55,680 nucleotides of DNA from Neophaeotheca triangularis (taxonomy: Eukaryota): assembly GCA_054600435.1 (NCBI GenBank), contig BAAIJX010000087.1, positions 1 through 55,680 on the forward strand, in the 5' to 3' direction. Positions 42,171 through 55,167 of this stretch are shown piece by piece; the stretch's first letter is position 1; every line of letters begins with the position of its first letter. A program made the position numbers and the translations under genes. The notes below the pieces were generated by a model. The model saw only the letters and a list, made by a program, of their open reading frames with translations. It was not told where the DNA came from and did not search any database.

Positions 42171-45100
42171 CTATCTCAAAGGGCTGCCATGGTCGGGCGT
42201 AGCAGTTAGCAACCCATTCCTCGCCGCGCTCGTGGGAAGTCTGACCGGAGTACCAGGGGCACTACCGCCGGCCGTGGGCGTCTGAGGCCGACGTCTCACG
42301 GCATCCTTATCTGCAGGCACCTTGAAATCGAAGCGCCGGCCGAGGTTGAAAATCTCGTCGATTTTCGCTTCCAAGATACCGGCGTCGACGAACTCGCAGT
42401 ACTTGCGCCACAGCTTCAACGCCGTGTGCGCGTCCTCGATCGAGTCGTGGCCTTCGGTCGTATTGTGCTGGATGTCTTCGTTGAGTATCGCCCACGCCAG
42501 GAAGCGCAGCGAGAGCTTTCTTCTCGCTCTCGAGCCCAGGGAGAACAGCGTCTGTGTGTCCAACAGCTGGCCTTCCGGGACGTACATGTTGATGATGCGG
42601 AAGTCGCTCGAAAGCCCGTGCCCGATAAAGATGCAGCCCAAGTTCAACATCACCCAGAGTTTCATGTAAACACCCTTGAGATTCACCAGGTAGAAGGGTG
42701 AGTGACCCTCGCTCAAGTCTCCCTCGCGTAGACCAGAGAACTGTGTCAAGTAGTCGTCCACCGGCTCATCGATAGCGATATAGTCGTCGATGAAAGGCAC
42801 GCCCAATCCCGGCTCATCGCCTCTCAGCACTGAGACTCTGGCCAATCCCAGACGCGACGGTCGGTTGATGGTTCGGGAACCATCGGCCCCCATATCAATC
42901 TCCTCGCGCAGGAGCCGGACGAATTCGGCATCGATAGCGCAGTGCGTACTGGTGTCTGGAATCCGGTCACCCTGGCACATGGGCCGCATCTTGTAATCCT
43001 CAGTGAAAGCCGGTTGGACAACACTGTCGTACAGGACATTGGTATTCAAACTGCGCTTCCAGCTGTTGTCCAGCTTACGAGAGAGCGACTTGACCTGGTA
43101 AGTGATGACAGACGGCAATTTCCACCTTGGGTCGAACGAAAGGGCGTCCCCGCGCTCAATCTTGCGCACCAAGAAGTCGTTGAAAACATGCCAGTTGTCC
43201 GGCTGCTCGCCCTCGTTCCCGGTAACGGACGCATCGATGGTGGATACCAGATGCGACTTTTGCGTCTGACCGCTCGTGACGTCCGCCACCACCCCGACCA
43301 GTTCGTAGACAACGATGTTATAGACTTGTCGACGCAGGTGGGTCTGAAGATCCTGCCCTTCATAGCAATAAAACTGACCTCTGTTGACGATGATCCCGAC
43401 CTCTTTGGGCAGAAAGCCCGGAGTAGCCCAAGCTTGCTTCGCCTCGGAGCTGTGAGTGGCGGCGTTTAGAGTGAGCACGGCGGGCACGCCAGTCACTTCG
43501 AGGCGAGAGTTCAGGATCTTGTAACCCTGGCAATTCGAGCACCATCCCCGCTGCTGTCCACTATGCTCCACACTCGCCTTCAGCACTTGCGAAAAGGTGA
43601 GCGTATTGGCACGTCCTGGCTGCCTGGCTGCTCGGGGAGGATACACTAGCTCATGCGTGTAGAGGATGGTGTTCTGCGCATCGCCAAACATCTGGCAATG
43701 CTGACACTGCCGTTTGGTGAAACCTTGCGTGCCAAAGGCGATGTTGAAGTCGTTGATATCGTGCTCCATAGCCCGGTAGTTCTCTTGCATCTTCTGTAAT
43801 AGAAAACGACTCAGATTCTGTACCATGACTGTCAAAGGTGTATTCGACATGCCTTCTTCCAAAATCTTCAGCTGTCTTGCGACGCTGTGCTTGCCCAGAG
43901 CCTTGAAAAAGTTGGTCGCCTGGCAGTTTTGGCCACCGGCCTTCTCTAGCATGTCGACAAGGAAACCAAGCTCGCACAACAGGCAAGTCTGAAGTCTGCA
44001 TCCCTTTGCTACGTGATGTAATGCCATATTGCGAACAACAGGCGTGAACCGGAAAAGCTGCAGCAGCGGGTTCGCGTAAGAGTTGGCAATGTGGGTTTCC
44101 AGGCCGGAATACTTGGTCTTGTTGTAGTAGCCAAAGTCGAAATCGTCCACGCCGAATTTGCTGTATTTGATTTCGACGTTGTGATACCAGACCGGAATAT
44201 CTGTCTTTGACCTGCCATTGGCTGTCAAGTCATTCAGCGATTTACCAATGTCCTCACTCAGCCTCCGCTCCATTTCACCCTCAGTACCATCGTCCTTGGT
44301 CTTCTCGCTGAGGAATTTGGGCGCAACAAGCATCGGCTGAGCTTCACGGAGCTTCCTCGTATCCTCAACCTGATACCGACGAGCTTTCCGCGGATTTGGG
44401 GCGTGGGCGCCAAATTCGAAGCTTCGCAGGTTGTTGAGAATGTCGGGATCGATTTTGGGTGGCGGCGCGCCGACTTCGTGCACCGGATTGTATGCCCAGC
44501 CTGAGAAGAGCATCTCCCTATAGTAAGGCATTCCTATCATGCTGAGCGGCGTCTCCGGCGACCATTGTAGATCCTGCGCAGGCAGTACTGCATCCGCAAA
44601 CTCTGTAGGCTGTGCGAAGTCGGCATACTGCATTTTGGTGGGCGAACCCCAGAGCGTGATCTGGCAATTGCTGTCGGAAAGCCCGAATCCCTTGCCGGAT
44701 GGCATGACTTCAAGTCCAGTCAAAGACGCCTCGTAGGTTTGCATGTAGCGTATGGTCGGTGAGTCTGGATTCTGCACGTCGATCGACTGGATGGCCCCTG
44801 TTTGCGAAACAATAATGCATGTTGAAGTCAAAAGTGGATGCATGCGCACAAAGGCCGCTCCAGCGTGAAAGGCGATGGGAGATAACGGCCGATGGTTCTT
44901 AAGGTCGTAGACGCGCACAAGTGGCTCCAATGCTAAACCCGCATAATGTCGAGGCGCCCAGCCGCAAGTCAGCAGGTAGTCGCCTCTAGCATCAATATCG
45001 TTGACTTGGGCTGGATATGGCTTCCACCTGTTCGTGATGGCAAGGGTTTTGAGGTCCAGCATATGCACAGATCCATCGTGCGAAGCAGCACAAATATATT

Positions 45101-45735
45101 CCTTGGCACGCTTCATCAACGTGAAGGGAATGGGCGTAGGCGGCTCGAAGATCTCCGTCACCGTCCCCTTGTCGACATCAATACGGTAAAGCTGCTTTTG
45201 GCAACCAGCGACCACAAGCTCGTCAGTTCTTCGACCGGTAAAACTCATGCACCGCAGATCGACCATGGACTTGTCACTGATGTGCCACTGCGCGAGACCC
45301 TTTCGCGAGGCCAAGTGAACACTTTTCGGAGAAATGGAGATGATGCCCTTGTCACAGAAGAGCAACTGCTTGACGTGAGCATCCGAAGGCTGTCCTCGTG
45401 GCGCCGTATTAAGATGGGCCTTGTAAGAAATATACTGCTGAAGCTCAGGTCCGAACCAAGCGGTGATGCGACCCTACGAGGCAAACATTAGCAACCAACA
45501 CCGCAGAATAACGCCCTCAACACCCAGACTTACCGCCTCGTTTCCCGTCCATAGCAGCTCCTGTACGGGATCAAAGGCAAAAGCCGTAGGATGATTCGGC
45601 TGCTGTGCCGTCGCGACTCCCGGAACGGTCAGTCGCGCGGTCTCTTGATCGGTCAGCGGTACGAACTTTTTGCACTCGACGAGCGACGAAGTGTGGTGGG
45701 TAGCGCCAGCATACCTCGGCCCAATCAGCCTCCAT
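42171..45735 (-). CDS. PAN2: PAN2-PAN3 deadenylase catalytic subunit. Exons 45735-45715, 45641-45534, 45473-42171
   Basis: MEADW start, WD40 region, linker KYSKFGVDDFDF, inactive UCH domain (YSGLETHIANSYAN), and DEDD nuclease (AIDAEFV, GHGLSSDF, HDSIEDA). Confidence 0.96.
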
Positions 45736-46566
45736 CCTGCTGATGGTACTGAGCCTTGCTGCATCGGATTCGTGGTGGAGTGCAGTTGCCAAGGTCTGCT
45801 GTGAGCTTGAGCTGCCGTGGTTGTAGTCTTCGAATTATGTTCTCGTCACTTGAGCCGTGTTGAGAGCCAACGAATGCTTTGTCGATTCACTCGGGCGGAT
45901 TGCGTACGCGACTTCGGGAACTGTTTCTGGCTCCACTGTTGTCGTTGGCTTTCTGGCGCGTCACGTTCAGTTCGGGTTGCAACCAGGATAACAATGCTCA
46001 AGTAGTCGAATGGCAGGAAAGCTGGCACTGCACGAGTGCGGTGCAGTTTTGTGGAATGTTGAAACAAAGTCAAAGTCAGAATCGAGTAGTAGGAGGTGAG
46101 GTTGCGTACGTACTTGTACTCGAGGGCCGGACATCCATAGGAAGGAAGCGCGGGAGCGGCATCGGCCAATAGGGTTGCCGCTGAGCTGCCAAGACTTGGA
46201 TCACTTCACGTGTACGGCCTCGAAAACATCTACACGTACGGTATACAGGATGCTGTCGTATGCATAGTTTATGGGTATCGTCTAAAATGCCATAAAGATC
46301 TAGCTAGCTACTTGGGTTTCATGACCAGTATACGTGGCATGGCCTTGCCAAACGCCTGCTTTTGCCATCCACGCCCGTTTTGATATGCCTTGAACACCCG
46401 TTGACCGACAACACGCTCAGAACGCACGAGAAGCCTCGTAACTACGAGTGATGCTCAAAAGACTCCATCGCAATCCCATCGATGAACCGTCGCACACCCA
46501 CTGAAAGCGCCTATCACTGAACTCGGCCCCTCTCACCTCTTCACCCCCACCCGCTCATCTTCGCCC

Positions 46567-48342
46567 TCAAGAATTGTTCAAAAACTTCGTCTTCATCCAC
46601 TCACTCGTGCCGACTCCAAGATTCAATCCATTCTTCGCCCACCAACGCCTAACACTCAAACCCCTCTCGCCTTCGTCCCCATCCTCCAACGCCTCCTCGA
46701 CATCACAAGTCTTGTACTCAACCTTCAACCCACTATTCTTCCACCATTCCAACACATCAACGTGCCCATTCTTCGAAGCGCCGACCAAGACCTGGTTGTC
46801 GAAAATCATCTTGCTACCCTTGAGCCCGTGCCACAGCCGCAAGATATCCGTGTGCCCGTGTGTGGAAGCGAGTTTGGCGACAGTGTCTTCGTGGGGAAAA
46901 GCGATACCGCTGTGGGCCCACCAGGAGACGACGGCAGTGTGTCCATTCTGCGTGGCGTAGCAGATGCTCTTGCCGGGTTTGAGGCGAACTTTACTCGCGT
47001 CGGCGGCGTTGGCGTTGGAGTCGTCCACGGATGTTGACTGCGATTTCCACCATTCGAGGACGGGCAGGTGACCTTGACTGCTGGCTTGTTCGAGAGAAGC
47101 TTCGGTGAATTTTAGTGGGAGGCCCGAGTGCTGCCACCATTCGAGAACGTTGACGAAGCCAGCGCGCGAGGCGCCGTCGAGGGCTTCGGCGTTGTATTCT
47201 TTGGTAAGGAAGGACGGAGATGTGCGCCAGAATTCGAGCACTTCTGTACGGCCGAAGACGGCGGATGCCTTATCGGGTAGAAACGTGTGGCCAAAGGTCG
47301 CCCAGAATAGATCTTTGTGGTTTGCTTCTAGATGGGCGAGGATCCAGGTCATTGCGAAGCGCATGATCAGTTTGATACAGAGCTTTGAAAGCCATCTCGG
47401 CACACTGTGGGTTGCTATGAAGCGTTGGACGTCAGCTAGGTTGCCGCGTAAGATTGTGAGCTCTAGCGCCTCCATATAATTGCGGGGACCCTGCGAGCTC
47501 ATATGACTGGTCCACTCTGGAGGAACTGGCACATCTGTATAGACACGCAGCGCTTGCGCTAGCTCCCAGTCTCCCGTGAAGTCGAATATCATGGACCAAA
47601 GCTCAGGCGGTAGCCTGCTGGTAGGTTTTGGCCCACCGTTCGCATAGCTCGACCTGGACGACGAGCTCACCTCCATATCATGTCCGATATTCAGCAGGTC
47701 CACCTGGTTCCTCACGCTCTCAACCAACTCTTCTGCGGCGTCCCAGCTCTGAATCTTTTTTGCCTCCGCTGCAAACGTCCAAAGCAGAGGTTGTAATACC
47801 GTGATCCAGTTCCATTTCCTTCTAATCTTTGTAAGCTGCTTCTTGGTCATTGGATTTTCCCACATGAGCGTTGACATGCCAGGTACCATCAGGATCCTCT
47901 TTGAAACGTTCCAACTCCTCAGCACCTCCAGCAATAGATTGTCCGTAGAGCCATGCAGCATCTTTGCCATATTGTTCGCATCTATTGGCGCCATGACCAG
48001 CAAGTCTGCCCACTCACACAGCTCTACAGCCTCTTGCTCGACCTCGGCAACGTCCCTCACCGCTGAATGCCGTATCATGTTCGGAAGCGTAAGGCAACAC
48101 GCCGAAGCTCTGATGAAGTCTTGTCCCCTGAAGCCATTATCCAGTACCGCTCTCACCGTAACGTCCGGTATCCTCGTCAACTCGATGAGAATGTCAAAGA
48201 CGATTTTGGGATCTGTACAGCCTACCGATGCAAAGACTACTCGAAGTTCGCGGGTGCGGCGTTCGGCGTCCATGTCAGGCACGTTGATCTTGAGGTCTCT
48301 GCTGCTCGGGCCAGGGGTGGCGCCTGTGTTGGTTGATACCAT
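46567..48342 (-). CDS. Flavoprotein (HAL3/PPC-decarboxylase-like) domain + F-box-like motif + ankyrin-like repeat protein
   Basis: N-terminal WADLLVMAPIDANNMAKMLHGSTDNLL...PGMSTLMWENP (HFCD fold), central LPPELWSMIFDF, and repeated AS-x-x-G-H-x-x-VLEWW units. First ATG at 48342. Confidence 0.85.
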   Translation of the reverse strand: MVSTNTGATPGPSSRDLKINVPDMDAERRTRELRVVFASVGCTDPKIVFDILIELTRIPDVTVRAVLDNGFRGQDFIRASACCLTLPNMIRHSAVRDVAEVEQEAVELCEWADLLVMAPIDANNMAKMLHGSTDNLLLEVLRSWNVSKRILMVPGMSTLMWENPMTKKQLTKIRRKWNWITVLQPLLWTFAAEAKKIQSWDAAEELVESVRNQVDLLNIGHDMEVSSSSRSSYANGGPKPTSRLPPELWSMIFDFTGDWELAQALRVYTDVPVPPEWTSHMSSQGPRNYMEALELTILRGNLADVQRFIATHSVPRWLSKLCIKLIMRFAMTWILAHLEANHKDLFWATFGHTFLPDKASAVFGRTEVLEFWRTSPSFLTKEYNAEALDGASRAGFVNVLEWWQHSGLPLKFTEASLEQASSQGHLPVLEWWKSQSTSVDDSNANAADASKVRLKPGKSICYATQNGHTAVVSWWAHSGIAFPHEDTVAKLASTHGHTDILRLWHGLKGSKMIFDNQVLVGASKNGHVDVLEWWKNSGLKVEYKTCDVEEALEDGDEGERGLSVRRWWAKNGLNLGVGTSEWMKTKFLNNS

Positions 48343-50404
48343 GGCCGTTTTGTGGCTTTGCGCAGGTGGAGTGAGGAGGTTTGTAGACACTGTTTGCAAG
48401 CTATTGTGTTGAAGACTTCGCACCTGGCCGCGAATTGGGCAGTCTGTTGCTTCGACCGCAAGTAACCGAGCAGTGTGCTTTTTGGTAGGACTAGGTAAGC
48501 AGAGAATCCAATGGAATTGGAAGAGTGATTGCGCTGAGCAATGGCGAGAGGTGCAGCAATTCGAGGTCGCTTCTCAATATACAGATGGACCAGAATGCCA
48601 ACGGCGATGGCAAGGACGGGAGTGTACAGATGGAAGTGATTGATGATTATGTCAGGTCTGATGTTATTAACCTGGCAGAGCACTGAGCGGTCATTCAGTT
48701 AGGGCAGGCCAAGCGAACAAGCGGCGGACGCTCCCGCTAGGACTTGTGGCGTGAGGTCTGGGGAAGCCAATCAGATACCAGCTTGGCGGTTGGAAAAACC
48801 TGGAAAGTGGCAGACGGAACCGATGCCGTGCTTGGAACATGGTCGTTCGTTACCTAGGTAGTAAAAGTAGTGTCTGGTATTCTACAAACTTCCTTCCATC
48901 ATTTGCATTTGTGGGAATCGATCCGAAGTATTGAGTCTCCAGGTCGCCCGTGCCTCAGGTTCTTGAAGGCGTCATCTAGAACAATTAAGGTATGCCCTGG
49001 ATGTATACCGACTTGAATATCAACATCCCCAGGCCCGCTGCCTTAATTAAAGGTGCCAGGTACCTTGTACGGTAGTGTGGTTGATGATGATGGCATTGTT
49101 ACGTTTCGGGAACACCCCCCATAGCGCAAAACTTGGAACTGATTGCCAATCAGGGCTGGCGGGAGCCCCCACTGAAACACGATGAACACGACCATTATTA
49201 TTATTGCCAATGTCAACATGTCGTTTTGAGCATCACGAGCCCTTTATTTGTCGTCCAATATCAACGACGGACACCAAATCTTGTAATGCTCTTCCGAGAT
49301 CCTACCTTAGAAATGGTATTAATGCCTTCCGAAGGGCTCGTACCCGTGAATTATTAGTACTACTCGTCTTGTCGCTCTAGCGTCGGCTCATACATGGTAT
49401 TCTGGTGTAGATCTCGATGCGCAACTGATCAGCAAATACAAGTACCTAGCTAGTCAGCATCCACAGTTGAAGCATTTGCGTCGCTTTGCGTCGTGTCGTT
49501 GCCCGCCTCCCGTAGGGCCGTAACGCCGCAGGGGAAGAGGATAGCAACGACGGAGTTGGGAACGTCAAGTTGTTGTATCAGAAATGTTTAGAAAATACTG
49601 TACAATGATAATGATCAAAAAATCTGACGATAATAATGTGTCGGTCGTCATTATTACTCGAGTCCAAAGTCCCACGTTCCAATCATTCGTCGTGATCCTG
49701 GCTCTAGGGCAAGGGCAGGGACGAGCATCTAGGCGAACAATCGACGGTCCTCCGTCTGTGTCCATCGCTCGCAAGCTTGCCCCATAGCGCAGGTCCAGAG
49801 CCACCTCATTCTCAACTTCCCACAAACACCCTACCTAGTCACTTTCCTTAGGAACTCAGCTGCACCATTTTACCGCGCCCATTATCCATATCGTGAAGAC
49901 AGACACGAACTCTACCGAGCTTGCTCTCCCGCCCAGCAAGCATCGCAATCAACGCGCACCTTTCCGCCACTACCCGATCCCCCGGTGCCCTATCCGCCCG
50001 ACCTGCGCCACGCATTGCGCTCCAAACCTATACCGACCCTGGGTAAATCCACGCATATCTTATCGACTCGTCTTATACGCTCTCCTGTTTCGACGATTGG
50101 AGTTTGGGGAAGGGGAAAAACAGCAGGTCAAGTGCTCCGGAAGCGGACAAAGGACATTGTCGAAGGTGGCGAAAGGTCAGCCGAATCAAAGACAGAAAGG
50201 CCCACCCTACGGAGCGACCCAGTATACTTCACCCACATAGTGCGAAGACCAAGGCCGCGACACATGGTGACTTGGGGCTGAAGAACCCTCGTCAAGAGGT
50301 AGGGCCGGGCTAAGTAGCTGGCCCATCTACACAGTACACGGAAGTGGTGTCGCCGAACAAGGCATACTTGGACATTGTCGCGTAATAGCATCGTCGGTAC
50401 TTCC

Positions 50405-53400
50405 ATGGCACCACAAGGAGACTCGCAAGAACAGGGCAGCAGAGAATCCAGACAAAGACCGCACCTGCATAGCAGAATGTCTGAGGCAGGACGAAGCAAC
50501 ACGCTGGACAACATGCGCTCGCATAACTCAAACGCTAGTGATGGCCCTTTGTCACCTGCGTCTGCAGATAGAGTATTTCCTATCAGATCTGTCGTGTCTG
50601 TGGATCCCACGCCTACCCCAAGGTCAGATCAGCAGAGTGATGGTGGATATTTCAATTCCGGGCGAGCAAGGAGGACGTCAGTCAATAGCAGTTCGGACTA
50701 CTCCGCGCACCAACAGGCGAGCGGCGATGACCGAAGTGGGAACAGCAGCAGGAAACCGTCAGCTTCGAGTACGTACGAGAACTCGCGCCGCGCTGGGCCG
50801 GAGGTGTTCAATCAAATCGCTTCGAGTAAGACTGGTACAAGTGGTAGCGCTGGATCACGTCCAGCAAGTGAGAGGCCAGAATCCGTACGAGCAGCATCGA
50901 CAATGAGCAGGGGAAGTATTGACGAAACTGGTGGTCTGGTCACGGCACGTTTCAAGCATGTGGTCACAGAGGGTGGGCATGCAGTCATCACCGGCCGGGA
51001 TGGCGAAGTACTTCAAAGATGCGAGGACGAGCCAATACATATTCCTGGCGCTGTGCAAGGGTTTGGGCTTCTAATCGCACTACAGGAGGAAGAGGAAGGC
51101 AAGCTTGTGGTTCGCGTCGTCAGCGAAAACTCGAAGCGCATCACGGGATACACGCCCAAGCAACTTTTCGCTCTCGAGAGCTTCACCGACATTCTTAGCG
51201 AGGAGCAAGCCGAAAACATGCTGGATCATGTTGACTTCATACGAGACGAGGAAGCCGACGTAACTACGAATGGCCCCGAAGTCTTTACAATGTCCATCCG
51301 CTCACCTTCACGTCGAAATCAGAAACTGTGGTGTGCTATGCACATCAACGACGCACATCCTCACCTCGTAATATGTGAATTCGAACTGGAAGACGACCCC
51401 GTCAACCCGCTTGTACCATCCAACGACGAGACTCCCGAGCCTCCAGAGGATACCCTGAACAGCCAACCGACCGAGGAAGAATATGTCGAGAGTACCCACA
51501 ACTCCAGCAAGCCTCTCCGAGTACTGCGCAGTGCACGGAAGCGAAAAGGCGAAGCAGCTGCCATGGAAGTTTTCAACATCATGTCGCAAGTCCAGGAGCA
51601 ATTAGCAGCAGCACCCACCCTTGATCATTTCCTGAAGATCTTAGTTGGCGTAGTTAAAGAACTTACCGGCTTTCACCGGGTGATGATATACCAGTTTGAC
51701 CATGCTTGGAATGGCAGAGTCGTCACTGAGCTCGTGGACCCTCGAGCAACCAAAGACCTGTACAAAGGCCTCAACTTCCCGGCAAGTGACATACCGAAGC
51801 AGGCGCGAGATTTGTACAAGATCAACAAAGTACGTATGCTTTACGACAGAGACCAGGACACCGCGCGACTTGTCTGTCGGACCGTCGAAGACTTGGAGCA
51901 GCCATTGGATCTGACCTACTCATACCTGCGCGCAATGTCTCCCATACACATCAAGTACCTCGGAAACATGGCTGTCAGATCATCAATGTCGATCTCGATC
52001 AACGCTTTTGACGAGCTCTGGGGTCTCATAGCCTGCCATTCGTACGGCTCGAAGGGCATGCGAGTCTCTTTCCCGATAAGAAAGATGTGCAGACTGGTCG
52101 GCGACTCTGCATCAAGAAATATCGAACGGTTGTCATATGCCTCTAGATTGCAGGCCAGAAAGCTGATAAATACAGTACCGACCCAGTCGAATCCTTCTGG
52201 CTATATAATAGCTTCTTCCGAAGATTTGCTCAAGCTATTCGACGCCGATTTCGGCCTTGTTTCGATTCGAGACGAGACCAAAGTTCTTGGGAACCTGGAG
52301 CAAAGCCAGGAGCCACTGGCCATGTTGGAGTATCTACGAATGCGGAACGTAAACAGCGTAACGACTTCCCAAGATATCAAGGCTGATTTCCCCGATTTGC
52401 GTTACAAGCCTGGCTTCCAGTTTATTGCCGGCTTACTACTTGTCCCTCTTTCAGCGAGCGGGTCAGACTTTATAGTATTCTTCCGGAAAGGGCAGCTCAA
52501 GGAAGTGAAATGGGCCGGCAACCCCTATGAGAAGTTCGTAAAGGAAGGCACCGAAGGATACTTGGAGCCGCGCAAGAGTTTTCGAACCTGGAGCGAGACC
52601 GTTGTTGGCAAGTGTAGAGAATGGACTGAAGAGGAGATTGAGACTGCTGCTGTGCTCTGTTTGGTATATGGCAAATTCATCGAGGTCTGGCGGCAGAAAG
52701 AGGCGGCGTTGCAGAACAGCCAGCTCACCAAGCTGTTGCTCGCCAACTCTGCGCATGAAGTGCGGACACCGCTAAACGCTATTATCAATTACCTCGAGAT
52801 CGCACTAGAGGGTTCGCTGGACCAGGAGACCAGAGACAACCTTGCCAAGTCGCACTCGGCATCGAAATCTCTAATCTACGTCATCAACGACCTGCTCGAT
52901 CTGACCAAGACGGAAGAGGGAGGGGAGCTCACCAAGGATGAAGAGTTTGATTTGAAGGGCACCCTCATCGAAGCCACTGATATGTTCAAAAACGACGCCA
53001 AACGGAAGAATATCAGCTACGAGGTTATCGATCATCCGGGTCTCCCTGGCGAGGTCGTGGGAGACCAGCGGAGAGTCCGACAAGCAATCTCAAACATCAC
53101 CGCAAACGCCATCCAGAACACGACGGAAGGTGGCGTGACGGTCGAAATGCGGATGGTCATGCGGGAAGAGAAGCATTGCGAGATCGAAATCGCCGTGACT
53201 GACACTGGAGTCGGCATGGGTCCCAAGAAGCTCGATGCGCTCTTCAGAGATCTCGAGCAAGTGCAGTCTGAAGGTGAAACATCAATGGAAGACGCCCTCG
53301 TATCCGACGCACCCCAAATTGAAAACTCGGGCAGCAAGGACGAGAAAAGAACGCTTGGCCTGGGTCTTGCGTTGGTCGCCCGTATCATCAGAAACATGAA

Positions 53401-55167
53401 TGGCCAACTGCGTCTCAAGTCAGAAGAGGGCAAGGGCTCTAGGTTCGTCATCCAGTTTCCCTTCGAGATATCCGAGTCGGAACCCAATCAGCAGGCTCTG
53501 GAGGCCGCTGGCGCGTCGTCCGTCGGCTCGACAACACCGCATGCAGACATGCCAAACCCAATGACCCCACCGGGAGACGGCGAGATCACGTTAATCGAAC
53601 GTGGCAGCGCCAACAGGAGAGGTTCGAACGAGCAAGACGGTGCCCTCTCAAGACACAACAGCAACGGGAGCATAGGCAGTGGGTCAAAGAGCGTACGTAG
53701 CTACAAGTCTGGCCTCAGTGCCCGCAGTCGAGGCTCGCGCAAGAGCCAGAAGAGCGAGGCGGACCGCCTGATCGACGCTATTCAAGAGCCGCATGGAGTC
53801 GAGACTCGCTCATCAAACAATACTACCCTTGGGCGCTCCTCCAGCCGTGGCAGTAGCTCTACCCGCAGCCTCAACACAGGCGAACCCGCGAAATCAAGCA
53901 TTCCTAGGCCGAGGCTTGACAAGCGACACACCACCGCGGTGGTCCACACCGTCGGTTCGCCGTCGGGCAAGACTCGGCCTAACAGTGCTGACGTCTCTCG
54001 CGTCCCCGAAAACCTAAGATCTATTTCCTATCCCAAAGCTGGGGAATCAAGCGTCATGGACCAAGGCCAGCCCATTAAACCGATCCGTGTTCCCGACGAA
54101 GGCTTCGGACCTACTTTCCAGGACACCACGACGGATGCGCCAAAGGTTCTAGGCGACGCGCAAACCCACGATCCCCCGGACCAGAGCCAAGGCCCCCCCA
54201 ACATCGACAACCTGCACGTTCTTGTCGCCGAGGACGATCCAGTGAACAGCCGCATCATCAAGAAGCGGCTAGAAAAAGCGGGCCACGAGGTCTTCCTCAC
54301 AGTCAACGGCGAAGAGTGCTCAAGTGCGTATGGCGAAAAGAGCGCCTTCTTTGACGTCGTCTTGATGGATATGCAAGTAAGTAGCAAGCTCACCAAATCC
54401 CAGACCTCAGACTCAAAGCTAACACCCCCCTTCTCCAGATGCCAATCGTAGATGGCCTAACAGCGACAAAAATGATCCGCAGCTTCGAGAAATCGCACCC
54501 TTCACACCTCCTCTCCTCGCGCGCCTCCCTCAACAACCGCGTCCCCGTCATCGCAGTCTCGGCCTCCCTCCTCGAGCGCGACCGCCAAACCTACATCGAC
54601 GCCGGCTTCGACGGCTGGATCCTCAAGCCCATTTCCTTCCCGCGTCTCAACGAGCTGCTGACCGGTATCGTAGACAAGGACGTGCGGAAACGCGAACTCT
54701 ACCGACCCGGCGGGAAGTGGGAGCAGGGCGGCTGGTTCGAGGAGGCTTTGCCGAGTGTGTGGGAGGCGGATACGAAGCCTGATGATAACGTGCCGCTTTC
54801 GCAGCCCAGTGAGGGCGTCGTGCACGCTGCTCAGAGCGAGGATCCTCAGGATAAGGAGGATGAAGAGAGTCGGCAGACTCAAGAGCAGAAGCGCATGGCG
54901 GCTGAGCAGGAGCGACAGAGGCACGAAGGGCAGGACGTTGCCGGCGGTGATGAGGATGGGGTGGGTGGTTCCGGTGGTGCCGGTGAGGGCGACAGCGAGA
55001 GCGTGTCCCAGCACTCTGAGCACAAGTCCCGCAGTATGCCCGAGATGCGCAAGACCCAGCCCGTGGCCGTCAGCGAGGAGCAGGTCAGCGAGGCGGAGCG
55101 GACGGCGAGCCCCGCGCCCATGGCTGCAGACGCTGAGGGTGAGGGCGAGGGCGAGGAGCCGAGCTGA
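50405..55167 (+). CDS. fphA: Fungal phytochrome (PAS-GAF-PHY-histidine kinase-receiver). Exons 50405-54376, 54439-55167
   Basis: Bilin-binding Cys in RCEDEPIH, PASDIP, RAMSPIH, PHY tongue PRKSF, HisKA AHEVRTPL, HATPase DTGVG / GLGLA, and receiver AEDD...DMQ|MP...KP. Intron 54377-54438. Confidence 0.97.
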
